A stretch of 52,261 nucleotides of DNA from an uncultured archaeon (GTDB lineage Archaea; Iainarchaeota; Iainarchaeia; Iainarchaeales; 1-14-0-10-31-34), in assembly GCA_964442255.1 (NCBI GenBank), contig CAYTYC010000009.1:1-52261 (forward strand), read 5' to 3'. Each line of letters begins with the position of its first letter. Position 1 is the first letter of the stretch. The notes beneath the pieces were generated by a model. It had not been told where the DNA came from. It did no database searches and saw only the letters and a program-made list of their open reading frames with translations. The position numbers and the translations under genes were made by a program. Shown here in pieces: positions 26,563 to 36,019 of the stretch.

Positions 26563-28128
26563 TTACAGGTCCGCGGAAATTTTTTCCAGCAAAGCGTTTG
26601 GGTCGTAGTAGTATTGCTGGATTATTTTCTCAACATCCGGTGTTGCCTTTATTCCTTTTGCAAGCATCCATTCAAGGATTCTCTGCCTTACCCGCATTTC
26701 CTTGTGCAAATCCTTTTTGGAGTTCATTGTCTTCTCCGCAAGCATTTCCTCAACGCGGGAAGGGATGTCAGTTCTCCGCAGTTCGTCTTTTTCCGGGTCC
26801 CACTGGAACAAGTCGCCCAACAGGGGCTTGTTTTCCATTCTCCCGATTTCGGAAATCTGCACAATTCTCCTGATTATTCCCTGCCCGCGGATGTACATGC
26901 GGTGCTGCATTATAATCAAATTCAACAATGGAATCATTACTTCAGGCACGTCCATGGGACTGGCCTTCAGCCTTAATAGAAGCTCTCTTCCGTTGTTTGA
27001 ATGCAGAGTCCCAAAGCAGCCCCTGTGGCCGACATCCATCGCAACAAACATGGTTTGGGCTTCCTTTCCCCTCACCTCCCCCACAATAATCCTGTCCGGG
27101 CGCATCCTCAAAGAGTTTTTCAGCAATTCATCCATTGTAACTTCAGGCAATTCGCGTGTCGGCGGCTTGGCCTCCATTTGAATCCAGTTCTGCCTTTTTC
27201 CCAAAGCCAGCTCCAGGGTGTCCTCAATTGAAACAATTCTGTCGCTGTAACGGATGAAAGAGGCAAGGGCATTCAAGGAAGTTGTTTTTCCGCTTCCCGC
27301 CCCTCCGGAAATGATCATGTTCATTGGCTCAATGTTCAGTCCTTCGGTCATCGCCCACAAAAAAGCCGCAACTTCCGGGGTTAAAGTGTTGTTTTCAATC
27401 ATCTGCACAATGCTCAACGGGACAACCGTGAACTTCCGGATCGTGAGGCTTGGCCCGGCGGGGGTTGCGTAAGGGACCGTGGCGTTTGCGCGGGAGCCGT
27501 CAGGAAGGCGCGCGTCAAGCAGCGGCGCTGTGGAATCAATTTTCTTGTCCGCTGTTGCCGCAATCCTGTGAACCAAATTGGGGATGAAAAGGCTTTTTTC
27601 CACATCCAGATTTGTTTCGCACATCCCGTATTTTTTGTGGAAAACAAAAACCGGCTTGTAAAAGCCGTTAACCATCACTTCCTCCAAATCCGGGTCGCGC
27701 AATGGCTCGGAAAGGTAGCCGTATCCGATTGTGCTGTCAACAAAAGAGGTTGCAACGGCCTCCGGGCTTTTCACGAATGAAAGGTGCTCTTTCACGAGCG
27801 CAAGGAGGTTTATTTTCACCGCGCTCAATGTTTCGGTGTCAGGCAGTTTTCTCAGCGCTTCGCTGGACTGGATGATGCGGACAACCTGTTCGTTGAAGGC
27901 GGAACAGAATTTTTTTGGGACAGTTGCCTTTACTTTTGAGGAAATGTCGGAGGCATGGAGCTTCTTGAACACAACGCCTTTCAGCGCCTCCAAAAGGTTT
28001 TTCTCTTCTTCGGAGAATTTGGGTTCGGAAACGCCGTAAAGATAGAAGGGGTAGCCGTCAAAAATCTTTATCCTGCCCCCGGATTCAACCACGTTTCCCT
28101 TGGACTGCATTTCGTTTTCTTCAGGCAT
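26563..28128 (-). CDS. CpaF/TadA/VirB11-family secretion or pilus assembly ATPase
   Basis: LDARLPDGSR, GGAGSGKTT, SIEDTLEL, LRMRPDRIIVGEVRG, GH.G..GTLH. Confidence 0.94.
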   Translation of the reverse strand: MPEENEMQSKGNVVESGGRIKIFDGYPFYLYGVSEPKFSEEEKNLLEALKGVVFKKLHASDISSKVKATVPKKFCSAFNEQVVRIIQSSEALRKLPDTETLSAVKINLLALVKEHLSFVKSPEAVATSFVDSTIGYGYLSEPLRDPDLEEVMVNGFYKPVFVFHKKYGMCETNLDVEKSLFIPNLVHRIAATADKKIDSTAPLLDARLPDGSRANATVPYATPAGPSLTIRKFTVVPLSIVQMIENNTLTPEVAAFLWAMTEGLNIEPMNMIISGGAGSGKTTSLNALASFIRYSDRIVSIEDTLELALGKRQNWIQMEAKPPTRELPEVTMDELLKNSLRMRPDRIIVGEVRGKEAQTMFVAMDVGHRGCFGTLHSNNGRELLLRLKASPMDVPEVMIPLLNLIIMQHRMYIRGQGIIRRIVQISEIGRMENKPLLGDLFQWDPEKDELRRTDIPSRVEEMLAEKTMNSKKDLHKEMRVRQRILEWMLAKGIKATPDVEKIIQQYYYDPNALLEKISADL

Positions 28129-28188
28129 TTTTTTGCCCCCAAATTAAAAACAAAACCCTTATATTTAATCTTTTCTAATATACTTGGA

Positions 28189-29574
28189 ATGGCTGGAATG
28201 AAAACGCTTCTTTCATCCGTGCTGAAAAAAGTCAGGCCCCCAAAAAAAGAAAAGGAAAGGCAGGAAAAAACCATAGCAGAGCTCACCCAAAAAATAAGGA
28301 AAGCCGAAGGAAGGCATTTGGAAGTGGTTTTGGCGGGGTCAATCGCAAGGGACACGCATTTGAAGGGCGACAACGACATTGACTTGTTTGTGATGTTTCC
28401 GCGCCGCCTTTCAAGGGAAGAGTTTGCGGAGGAAGGGCTGAAAATCGGGAAAAAAGTTTTGCGGGGCTTTGAATGGGAGGAAGCATACTCCGAACACCCT
28501 TATGTCCGGGGAAAATACAAGGGGTTTGATGTGGAAATTGTGCCCTCATACAAAGTGGAAAAGGCCTCTGAATTAAAGTCCGCGGTGGACAGGACGCCTT
28601 TCCACACAAAATTTTTGGAGGAAAACCTTAAGGAAAGGCAAAAAGACGAGGTGAGGCTGTTAAGGCAGTTTTTGAAGGGCATTAAATGCTACGGGGCGGA
28701 CATCAAATGCGAAAGCTTTCCGGGCTATATAACCGAGCTGCTGATAGTGAATTACGGAAGCTTTCTGAATGCCCTGAAGAATGTGGGCAAATGGAGGAAA
28801 GGGGAAGTGATTGACTTAAAGAAGCACTACACCGAACAGCAGGCGAGGAAAAGGTTTGGGCACCACCTCATCATTGTTGACCCCACTGACAGGAACAGGA
28901 ACGTTGCGTCCGCGTTAAGCTTCAACCAGTTCAGCAGGTTTGTTGCCGCGGCAAACGCGTTTTTGGGGAAGCCATCCAGGCACTTTTTTTTCGGAAAAAA
29001 AGTGAAGCCCTGGGGCATTCAAAAGGTGAGAAAGGAGTTGGGAAACAAGGAAATTGTTGCCGTAAGAATGCGGGTTCCGAAAAAGGTTCACCTGGATGTG
29101 ATATGGGGGCAGTTAAAGAGGTTAAGGAGAAAAATGGGGAAAAAACTGGAGTTAAACGATTTCAGGGTTCAGAGGGCAGAGGAATGGAGCGACGAGCAAA
29201 AATTCATGTGCGTGGTTTTGGAGCTGGAGAACGCGAAAATTCAGCGGGTGCACAAGCATTTTGGCCCCGAGGTAACTGATTTGGAGAATTCCGCAAAGTT
29301 TTTTGGGGCAAACAAAAGCCTTTCCTCCGGCCCGAGAATTGAAAACGGAAGATGGGTTGTGGAAAAAAAAAGGAAATACTGGAACGCGTTTACACTGCTG
29401 AAGGATTTCATCAAAAATGAGCGCGTGAAAAGCGGGAAGGAAATTAAAAAGGCTTTAAGCAGGGCAAAGGTCTTGAACGAAAAAGAGTTGCTGGAATTCT
29501 ACAAAAAAAGCAGGCCTTTTGCGGAATTCTTCACTTTCTATTTGAAGGGAAAAGAGGAATTCGCGGATTACTGA
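28189..29574 (+). CDS. cca: Archaeal class I CCA-adding enzyme
   Basis: GSIARDTHLKGDNDIDLF, YSEHPYV, SAVDRTPFH, DPTDRNRNVA; start moved from 27955 to the ATG at 28189. Confidence 0.96.
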   Translation: MAGMKTLLSSVLKKVRPPKKEKERQEKTIAELTQKIRKAEGRHLEVVLAGSIARDTHLKGDNDIDLFVMFPRRLSREEFAEEGLKIGKKVLRGFEWEEAYSEHPYVRGKYKGFDVEIVPSYKVEKASELKSAVDRTPFHTKFLEENLKERQKDEVRLLRQFLKGIKCYGADIKCESFPGYITELLIVNYGSFLNALKNVGKWRKGEVIDLKKHYTEQQARKRFGHHLIIVDPTDRNRNVASALSFNQFSRFVAAANAFLGKPSRHFFFGKKVKPWGIQKVRKELGNKEIVAVRMRVPKKVHLDVIWGQLKRLRRKMGKKLELNDFRVQRAEEWSDEQKFMCVVLELENAKIQRVHKHFGPEVTDLENSAKFFGANKSLSSGPRIENGRWVVEKKRKYWNAFTLLKDFIKNERVKSGKEIKKALSRAKVLNEKELLEFYKKSRPFAEFFTFYLKGKEEFADY

Positions 29575-29680
29575 TTTTCATATTTATAACCCATGGCGAA
29601 GCAATGGGTTTACGTATCTCGTCACTGCCGGATAAAAACTGTACTGCCCTACGGAATGGGCAAATGCGAGCGCATCAGCG

Positions 29681-30059
29681 CGAGCAACAGCCATGCGCTA
29701 GCATGGCTCCCTGCACTGCCGGCAACAACAGCAAACGCGAGGCGAAAGCCGAGCCAGTGCCATCGAAGATGGCATACTCCCCTGCCGGCAGAAGCCGGCA
29801 ACCGCGAGGCGAAACGAGCAACAGCCATGCGCTAGCNNNNNNNNNNNNNNNNNNNNNNNNNNNNNNNNNNNNNNNNNNNNNNNNNNNNNNNNNNNNNNNN
29901 NNNNNNNNNNNNNNNNNNNNNNNNNNNNNNNNNNNNCGAGCAACAGCCATGCGCTAGCATGGCTCCCTGCACTGCCGGCAGAAGCCGGCAACCGCGAGGC
30001 GAAACGAGCAACAGCCATGCGCTAGCATGGCTCCCTGCACTGCCGGCAGAAGCCGGCAA
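29681..30059. repeat. 68-bp GC-rich multi-hairpin tandem repeat, interrupted by a 100-N gap
   Basis: Unit cgagcaacagccatgcgctagcatggctccctgcactgccggcagaagccggcaaccgcgaggcgaaa at 29937-30004; partial or variant copies at 29681, ~29750, 29815 and 30005. Confidence 0.92.
29837..29936. other. Assembly gap (100 N)
   Basis: Run of n inside the tandem array. Confidence 0.99.
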
Positions 30060-30060
30060 A

Positions 30061-30134
30061 TGGACCCGGTGGGATTTGAACCCACGTCCCGGAGTCCGAA
30101 GCTCCGTCGCCTATCCTGGCTAGCAGACGGGTCC
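30061..30134 (-). tRNA. tRNA-Arg (anticodon TCG), no intron, CCA not encoded
   Basis: GGACCCG/CGGGTCC acceptor stem, CGGAG-CTTCGGA-CTCCG anticodon arm, GTGGG-TTCAAAT-CCCAC T arm. Confidence 0.95.
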
Positions 30135-30203
30135 GCTTAAGATTTAAAAGGCTATGCAAAGCAAAATAATTAAGTCAACCAAAATATTTAAATCATTGGA
30201 GTG

Positions 30204-30365
30204 ATGGATTTGAAGCGTTGCACCACATGCAAAAAGGAAGTTACACGGGATTTTGTTGAATTCAAGTGCCCTGAATGCGAAAAAGAGAATATTGTGAGGT
30301 GCGGGCACTGCAGGGGCACATCCAAGCCATATAAATGCGGGGAATGCGGTTTTGAGGGGCCTTAA
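30204..30365 (+). CDS. Small zinc-finger protein (DUF1610/HVO_2753-like)
   Basis: MDLKRCTTC...FKCPEC...RCGHCR...YKCGECGFEGP, in the usual position upstream of EF-1beta; not in the ORF track. Confidence 0.9.
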   Translation: MDLKRCTTCKKEVTRDFVEFKCPECEKENIVRCGHCRGTSKPYKCGECGFEGP

Positions 30366-30376
30366 GGTGAAAGAAA

Positions 30377-30637
30377 ATGGGCAAGGCAATGGTGATTTTC
30401 AAGGTTTTTCCGGAAAGCCCTGAGGAAGTTGATTCAGTGGAGGAACGGCTTAAGGGGTTAAGCGGTTTTGAGGTCAGGGAAATAAGGAAAGAGCCACTGG
30501 CTTTCGGGATGAGCACATTTAAGGTGGCAATTGTTGTTCCCGACAAAGAGGAAGGGGCAATGCCGAAGGCGGAAAAGGCATTGACTGATTTAAAAGGCGT
30601 CGGGCAGGTTGAAGTTGAAGGCACAACCCTTTTGTGA
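30377..30637 (+). CDS. ef1b: Elongation factor 1-beta
   Basis: KVFPESPE, EPLAFG. Confidence 0.92.
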   Translation: MGKAMVIFKVFPESPEEVDSVEERLKGLSGFEVREIRKEPLAFGMSTFKVAIVVPDKEEGAMPKAEKALTDLKGVGQVEVEGTTLL

Positions 30638-30642
30638 ATTTA

Positions 30643-31410
30643 TTATTTTAGGCAGAGGTACTGGTAAAAGTCGGCTGAACTATTTTTCTCTTTCTGGTAA
30701 TCAGAGAATTTCTCAATCTTTTTGAAGCCGGCCTCTTTCAGCAGGACCCTGAGTTCGTTTCTTTTGAAGGGGTAAAGAATCAGGTGCCCTGCTTTTCCTG
30801 TGCGTTCATCCCTGTACGGCATTTTTATTTTGTTTTCGCTTATTTCAACCGGCTTTCCGTGGACTTTGTCTCCGCAGTAAACGAATTTTCCGCTGTAGGA
30901 AAATTTTCCTTCTTCAAGGATTTCCTTTCTTTTTTCAAGTATTTCCGGGTAGTTTCTTTCGTCAATTACCAGGATTCCGCCTTTTCTGAGCAGCCCTTGA
31001 AAGTTTTTGAGCGCCTTAAGCTGTTCCCTTCTCTCAAACAAACAGGTTAAGGAGTTTCCCAAACACAATATTGCATCAAAACTCTCTTTTTTAAAATGCT
31101 TATCCAAGTCAAGCCAGTCAATTTCGCTTACGTTGAGTCTTACGCCAGCAGCCTCCGCATTTTTTAATGCCTTTTCTATGAACACGCGGTCAAGGTCGTT
31201 GCTTGCAACGTCAAAGCCTTCTTTTATCAGGTAAATTGAGTCCGCCCCATCCCCGAAGCAGGCGTCAAACACTTTACGGCAGTTGAATTTTTTCAGCTGT
31301 TTTACGAGAAAGCCTTTCTCCCCTTTCCTGCGCTTTTCCCAGTCAATGAAATCAGTCCACAATTCAACGAGAACCTTTGAGTTATAATTTTGCGGGCAAG
31401 AGGAAGGCAT
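30643..31410 (-). CDS. Glycine/sarcosine N-methyltransferase-like protein
   Basis: W.DFIDWEKR..GE, FDAILCLGNS, GILVIDERNY, YCGDKV, GF..I..FSDYQ...DF. Confidence 0.8.
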   Translation of the reverse strand: MPSSCPQNYNSKVLVELWTDFIDWEKRRKGEKGFLVKQLKKFNCRKVFDACFGDGADSIYLIKEGFDVASNDLDRVFIEKALKNAEAAGVRLNVSEIDWLDLDKHFKKESFDAILCLGNSLTCLFERREQLKALKNFQGLLRKGGILVIDERNYPEILEKRKEILEEGKFSYSGKFVYCGDKVHGKPVEISENKIKMPYRDERTGKAGHLILYPFKRNELRVLLKEAGFKKIEKFSDYQKEKNSSADFYQYLCLK

Positions 31411-31446
31411 CGAAAATATTGTTTGTTAAAGCCCTTTTTAAGTATT

Positions 31447-32727
31447 TCACTCGTATCTAAGTGCTTCAACCGGCTTGAGTTTTGCTGCCGCGCGCGCGGG
31501 AAGGATTCCTGAAACGATTCCGATTGCAGTGGACAAAACAATTGCGATTATAACGAGTTGCGGAGACACAAAAGTGTTTAAGCCGCCACGCACCATTGGC
31601 AAAGCCAGTATTCCCAAACCGGATAATGCAAGGGAGGCAAGCGCTCCGATTATCACCCCAATAATTCCTCCAACCAACCCAAACAAGCCGGATTCAATTA
31701 CAAAAAGGCGCAGTATCTCATTGTTGGTTGAGCCCAGCGCCTTCAGTATTCCGATTTCACGGGTTTTTTCAAGCACGGAAGTGAACATGCTGTTCGCTAT
31801 TCCCACTGCCCCAACCAAAAGTGAAACCGCCGCAATTGCAGCCAGAAAAAGAGTCAGCGTTTCGGTTGTAGCGGTTATCTGTTCCTGCATTGCCTGGGAG
31901 GAAGTTACAGTGAAATCCTGGCTGTCGCTGGTTACCTTTCTTGAAAGCATTAAGTCCTGCTTTATTTCTTCAGTTACTTGCTCAACAAGCTCTGCGCTGG
32001 CTGCTTTCAGCTGGATTGAGGAAAACGTGTTTTTTTCCACGCCGGTAACTTCCCAGGCTGAAGTGTAGTTCATGTAAACATTTCCCCCTCCGCCTCCCCC
32101 AAAACTTGGGCCTTCCCCGCTTTCCTCAAGAATTCCCACAACAGTGAATGGTTTGTCTTCAATTGTAATCCGCCTGCCCAAAGTAATGGGCTGCTTGAAT
32201 GTGCTGTTTGCCAGCCTTCCGCTTATCACTATTGCGGCTGAATCGCTTGGGGTGAGGAACCTGCCTGAGGCAAGTTCAAGGTTCGAGGTTTCCTGCCATG
32301 TGTTCGGGTTAACGCCTTCAACGCTTACATTGGTTTTTTCCGCGATAAACACAAGCCCGCCTCTCCCGGAAACTATTTCATTAACGCACAAAATATTCGG
32401 GTTTCCGCGGATAACGGTTGCATCCATTTTAGTCAAAGCGGGTTCATTTTCCGCTGAACTTCCGGAAACTCTTTCCGGAATGCCTCGTTCCATCCTAAAG
32501 CCCCCGCCAAAGCCCATTGTGCGCTCAAAACCAGGGGAAACTGTTATTATGTCCGCGCCCAAACCCGAAAGCCTTTCCGTTACGCTTGCCTGCGCGCCTT
32601 CACCGATTGAAATTATTGCGACAACCGCCGCAACGCCTATTATTATCCCGAGAAGGGTCAGCCAGGAGCGCAGCCTTCTGTTCATTATGCTGTTGACTGA
32701 CAGTTTCACGGAATCCTTAAGCTTCAC
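31447..32727 (-). CDS. MacB/FtsX-type ABC transporter permease
   Basis: RSWLTLLGIIIGV, SVLEKTREIGILKALG, PVEALRYE. Confidence 0.95.
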   Translation of the reverse strand: MKLKDSVKLSVNSIMNRRLRSWLTLLGIIIGVAAVVAIISIGEGAQASVTERLSGLGADIITVSPGFERTMGFGGGFRMERGIPERVSGSSAENEPALTKMDATVIRGNPNILCVNEIVSGRGGLVFIAEKTNVSVEGVNPNTWQETSNLELASGRFLTPSDSAAIVISGRLANSTFKQPITLGRRITIEDKPFTVVGILEESGEGPSFGGGGGGNVYMNYTSAWEVTGVEKNTFSSIQLKAASAELVEQVTEEIKQDLMLSRKVTSDSQDFTVTSSQAMQEQITATTETLTLFLAAIAAVSLLVGAVGIANSMFTSVLEKTREIGILKALGSTNNEILRLFVIESGLFGLVGGIIGVIIGALASLALSGLGILALPMVRGGLNTFVSPQLVIIAIVLSTAIGIVSGILPARAAAKLKPVEALRYE

Positions 32728-32733
32728 TTTCAG

Positions 32734-34221
32734 TCACTTCTTTTGTTTCCTGAAAAAACGGGCCAGCCCGAAAAACCATGCAAGCAGAATTGCTGAAATT
32801 ACCGAAACAACAGCCGCTGCAATCAGGTCTGAACCGAACAGGAAAATCACCGCAAGGAACAAGACCGCGATTATTGCAAGGAGTTTTGCGAGTTTTTTCC
32901 AGTCCCTGTTTCCTGCCCTGTATTTGTTGAATGCGGCTGCGCCGCCCAAAAAAACCGCAAGCAAAATCCAGGGAATGAAGCCGTAGGTGTTTGCCTGCCT
33001 GTTCCTGAATCCCATGGTTGTTGAAGTTGTGCCGTCTGTTGTGGTTGCAGCAGGAGTCAGGGAAGTTTCCTTTTGCACCGACTGCCTTTCCCCTGTTGTG
33101 TCGGTGTAATCTATTTCAACAAGCAGGGAGTTTGCGGTTGCCCTTGCTGTTGCGGCGTCCGTTGCATCAGACTGCGCCGCAGTTGTGCCAGGCTGTGCCG
33201 CCATCCTTTGCCTGAAACCGGTTGCGGTTGAAGCTGCCGCGGAAAAGCCTGTTGTCCTTGCCTGAAAGTTTGCCAAAGTGAAGTCGCCTTTGTTGAGGTT
33301 TCCGAGTATGGCGGTATTGCTTCCGCTGACAGAAATTCCTGGCTGCTCAGGAACCCTTACAACAACCGCGCCCGCATTGTTTGAGCCGACATTCGCGATG
33401 CTGATTGAAAGCTGCCCGGATGAAAGAATTTCGGCGCTGACCTCAAAATCTGTTGTGCCGCCGACAATCAGCCCAATCTGCGAGGCCTGGGTTTTTGTTC
33501 CGTTAACGTCAATGAATTTCATTGTTATGTCCAGAGGGTAAATTCCGGGCTCAATATTCGGGTCAGCCGCAACAGTATAGGAAACTTTTTTTTCCTCGTT
33601 TGGCTGCAAAATGGAAATGTATCTTTTGTTGTCCGAGCCGACCGGCAGAACCAAGTCGTTTGCTTCCTCCCATGAAAAGGAGATGTTTGAAACAGAGGTT
33701 CCGCCGACGTTTTTGAGGGCGAAAAACACCCCTGTCTGGTTTCCCGGGTTTATTACCCTTGGCTCAAGCGTCACGTCAATGTTTTTTTCGGTGGCGGAAA
33801 CTGAAACCAAAATGCTTTGGCTTTCTGTTGCGGTTTCCCCTGCCCTTGGGTAATTCATTGCCAAAAACACGGGGTAATGGCCTGGAAATGTTTCCTCTTT
33901 CACCATGAACTTGAACACAAGTGTTTTGGTTGCTCCGGGCTTTATTTGTGAAATGCTGTCTTCAACGTCAATTGCCTCAAACTGGTTTCCCAAATCAAGC
34001 TCTGCTGAAAGGCTTTCAATTGATGTCGTAATTCCCTTGTTTTTTATGTCAACCGCCATGCTGACTGTGTCGCCTGCATGGATTGTTGAGGGCAGAAAAC
34101 TTGTCGCGGTTACGTCAATCAAAAACGCCGGGTCAGGCGGAATTGCGGCCTCCACGGGGTGAAAAAATATTGCGCCGGCAAAGAAGAGCGCAAGAACTGA
34201 AACAATTATTTCCTTATTCAT
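32734..34221 (-). CDS. COG1361 S-layer-domain family protein
   Basis: Signal peptide, repeated Ig-like N.G...PG.Y modules, C-terminal TMs; typical partner of this ABC type. Confidence 0.82.
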   Translation of the reverse strand: MNKEIIVSVLALFFAGAIFFHPVEAAIPPDPAFLIDVTATSFLPSTIHAGDTVSMAVDIKNKGITTSIESLSAELDLGNQFEAIDVEDSISQIKPGATKTLVFKFMVKEETFPGHYPVFLAMNYPRAGETATESQSILVSVSATEKNIDVTLEPRVINPGNQTGVFFALKNVGGTSVSNISFSWEEANDLVLPVGSDNKRYISILQPNEEKKVSYTVAADPNIEPGIYPLDITMKFIDVNGTKTQASQIGLIVGGTTDFEVSAEILSSGQLSISIANVGSNNAGAVVVRVPEQPGISVSGSNTAILGNLNKGDFTLANFQARTTGFSAAASTATGFRQRMAAQPGTTAAQSDATDAATARATANSLLVEIDYTDTTGERQSVQKETSLTPAATTTDGTTSTTMGFRNRQANTYGFIPWILLAVFLGGAAAFNKYRAGNRDWKKLAKLLAIIAVLFLAVIFLFGSDLIAAAVVSVISAILLAWFFGLARFFRKQKK

Positions 34222-34528
34222 TCTGGTTCCTCCTGAAAATTATTCCTTTTTCCCTTAAAGCGTCCGCCATTTGCTGCTGGGTTGCATCTTCAGGCAATCC
34301 AAGCGCGGCCTTTATCCCGGCTTCCGTTGCGTCGCCTGGAAGCCCGAGCTGTTCTTTCACGTTGTCAAGGAAAGCGTTGTTGTCCTGAAAGCCGCTGAAG
34401 CCGCCGAAGTCCCCGAAAGGCCTTTGCCCTTCCCCTGGAAAAAAACGCGGGTTGGTTAAAGAAAAAAAAACCGTGGTGCAGGCCAAGACAAATATCACGG
34501 CCAAAAGCAATGCAATTGTTTTATTCAT
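34214..34528 (-). CDS. Small membrane-anchored hypothetical protein
   Basis: N-terminal TM, LGLP.DAT repeat, operonic overlap. Confidence 0.7.
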   Translation of the reverse strand: MNKTIALLLAVIFVLACTTVFFSLTNPRFFPGEGQRPFGDFGGFSGFQDNNAFLDNVKEQLGLPGDATEAGIKAALGLPEDATQQQMADALREKGIIFRRNQNE

Positions 34529-34529
34529 T

Positions 34530-35243
34530 TTAGTTTCTCCTCCCGTGGTTTTTTCCGTCGTAAACGATTTCTCCGTCCTTTAATTCAATGGTCCTTTCCG
34601 CGTAGCCCGCAATATCCTGCTCGTGGGTGACTACAACAACGGTCTTCCCTTCTTTGTTATGCAAATCCGCAAGCAATTCCATTATCCCCCGGCTTGTCTT
34701 TGAGTCAAGGTTTCCGGTGGGCTCGTCAGCCAAAACCATTGAAGGATTGGCGGAAAGAGCCCTCGCAATCGCCACCCTCTACCTTTCCCCGCCGGAAAGC
34801 TGTGCCGGAAGGTGTTTTGCCCTGTGCCCCAAGCCAACAAGGTTAACGAGTTCCTTCACTTTTTCCCGGATTTCTTTTTCGCCGAATTCGTGTATCCGCA
34901 TCGGCAAGGCAATGTTTTCAAAAACATTCAGTGTGGGGTAGAGGTTGAACATCTGGAAAACAAACCCTATTTTCTTCCCCCTAATGCGCGCAAGGCCTGA
35001 TTCCGGGAGCGAGGTTATTTCATTTCCGTCCAAGTAAACCGTTCCTTTGGTTGGATTGTCTAATGCTCCCGCAATGCCCATTAACGTCGATTTTCCGGAT
35101 CCCGAAGCGCCGACAACTGCGGCAAAATCGCCTTCATTTATTTTCAGGCTCACGCCTTTAACCGCGGGCACCTCCACCTCGTCCATTTTGTAGATTTTCC
35201 AGACGTCTTTCAGCTCCAGAACCGGTTCGCTTATTTTAAACAC
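34530..35243 (-). pseudogene. LolD/MacB-type ABC ATP-binding protein interrupted by an in-frame TAG
   Basis: GASGSGKST ... [14 protein letters not shown] ... [10 protein letters not shown] ... VTH, all in one frame; TAG at 34779-34781. Confidence 0.88.
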
Positions 35244-35280
35244 CTTCTGGGTTACTTACACAAATTTCCGCTTAATAAAC

Positions 35281-35300
35281 AATGTGCACCAATAGTCCAC
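35281..35300. promoter_or_regulatory. Candidate operator AATGTGCA-N6-GTCCAC, copy 1
   Basis: Imperfect palindrome repeated at 35964-35983. Confidence 0.55.
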
Positions 35301-35312
35301 TTTCTTTTTTTC

Positions 35313-35350
35313 AAAAAAAAGGGGGAGCAGGGCTCCCTTTCGGAAGCCCC
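35313..35350 (-). terminator. GC hairpin followed by a T-run downstream of the 35373-35894 gene
   Basis: gggagc/gctccc stem, then T8 on the minus strand. Confidence 0.5.
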
Positions 35351-35372
35351 GATGGTTGCCTTTAAAGCAGGG

Positions 35373-35894
35373 TCAGCCCGTGCACGGCATTCCTTTAAGG
35401 GGGTGTCCGCCCATGCGGTGCATTCCATTCATTCCGCCCATTCCCGGGCCTTTGCCGAAGCCCTTGCCTTGAAACTGGCTTAAGCCGAGCTCTTCAGCAA
35501 GCGCCTGTGCTGTTTCAAAGTCGCCTTCCTGCCTTGCATTATGCATTGCGGCAAAGTCGCCGAAGTTTTCTTCCGTAATGAAGTCGGTTATTCCGGGCCG
35601 GGATTCAATTGCTTCAGCCCATGCGCCGTAGTCTCCGTCTTCAATTGCCTGCATTTCCCCCTGCCTTAACTGGAAGCGTTCAGCCGCCTGCGTGAATTTT
35701 TCCTCTGTAAACCTTTCCCTGAAATTTTCTGAAACCGCTGAAACGAATGCACCGTAGTCCTTGTTCTCCAATGCTTCCTTTGCCGCTTCATTGCCCCCGG
35801 CACCAAAACCGCCGAAGGCATAGGCGCCGGAAACCATCAAAGCGCATAAGGCTATTGCGGGAATTGCCAAAAATTTTTTTTTCACTGTTTTCAC
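35373..35894 (-). CDS. Secreted helical hypothetical protein with Gly/Met-rich tail
   Basis: Signal peptide, AxExxDY repeats, AGGAGG immediately upstream. Confidence 0.75.
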   Translation of the reverse strand: MKTVKKKFLAIPAIALCALMVSGAYAFGGFGAGGNEAAKEALENKDYGAFVSAVSENFRERFTEEKFTQAAERFQLRQGEMQAIEDGDYGAWAEAIESRPGITDFITEENFGDFAAMHNARQEGDFETAQALAEELGLSQFQGKGFGKGPGMGGMNGMHRMGGHPLKGMPCTG

Positions 35895-35963
35895 CTCCTT
35901 TTAATGGATTGCAGCATCCACAGTAAATGCGGTTTTTTTCATTTAAAAGCAAGAAGGAGTGAA

Positions 35964-35983
35964 AATGTGCATTTTGCGTCCAC
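35964..35983. promoter_or_regulatory. Candidate operator, copy 2, in the divergent promoter region
   Basis: aatgtgcattttgcgtccac. Confidence 0.55.
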
Positions 35984-36019
35984 AAATTTTTTATAGCGTT
36001 CCGCGCAAGAAGTTATTGG

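Noticed and set aside
27955..28188. N-terminal extension of cca in the ORF track
   Set aside because: It overlaps the divergent cpaF gene and promoter region; homology starts near 28189.
29681..30059. CRISPR array
   Set aside because: Units repeat head to tail without unique spacers, and no cas genes are present.
29593..30059. ORFs spanning the repeat and N gap
   Set aside because: They are artefacts of GC-rich repeat sequence and Ns.
34779..34781. Genome-wide TAG recoding
   Set aside because: TAG ends apparently complete genes here (for example at 2231-2233 and 13879-13881), and only one internal TAG was seen.
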